Shown here piece after piece: positions 63,878 through 64,000 of a DNA stretch of 64,000 bases. The translations under genes and the position numbers were made by a program. This DNA is from Octopus vulgaris (Eukaryota). The notes below the pieces were generated by a model, which was given only the letters and a program-made list of their open reading frames with translations, made no database searches and was not told where the DNA came from. The DNA lies in NCBI GenBank assembly GCA_951406725.2, contig OX597822.1:50654001-50718000 (forward strand), given 5' to 3'. Position 1 is the stretch's first letter; each line of letters opens with the position of its first letter.

Positions 63878-64000
63878 GTGTGTGTGTGTGAAAATACGTA
63901 TTTAAATAAATTTTAATGTGATGATTAGCGAAAGCGAAACAGGTCGACAGACACAATATAAGATATATTAAAAATCACATAAAAATTATGTAAAGTATGT

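Overview
AT-rich, microsatellite-saturated animal DNA. The SINE families and repeat landscape point to an octopus genome (inference). No intact protein-coding gene is visible, and most ORF-track entries are translations of (TA)n, (CA)n or (TTA)n repeats. The window is a transposon graveyard: four tRNA-derived SINE types, a mellifera-type mariner, a DD37D element, Tc1/mariner MITEs, a Chapaev3 derivative, a Gypsy/Mag remnant with LTR and PBS, a CR1/L2-group LINE, TAA-targeting R4/Dong fragments with a ~580-bp companion repeat, and many Penelope-like element (PLE) remnants. Three observations stand out. (1) A decayed minus-strand ORF at 4838-5434 aligns by eye with the RAG1 RING/NBD/DDBD region and runs into a PLE-type tail. 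(2) A PLE ORF at 57200-59170 appears to carry an Ulp1/C48 cysteine-protease domain ahead of its RT. (3) Short fold-back elements in (TA)n carry minimal hammerhead motifs, and one palindrome is centred exactly on the ribozyme stem III. Possible host relics are a disrupted neprilysin/ECE-like first exon (2960-3325) and MEGF-like EGF-repeat exons (39930-40510). All homology calls are by eye from remembered motifs; no search was run.
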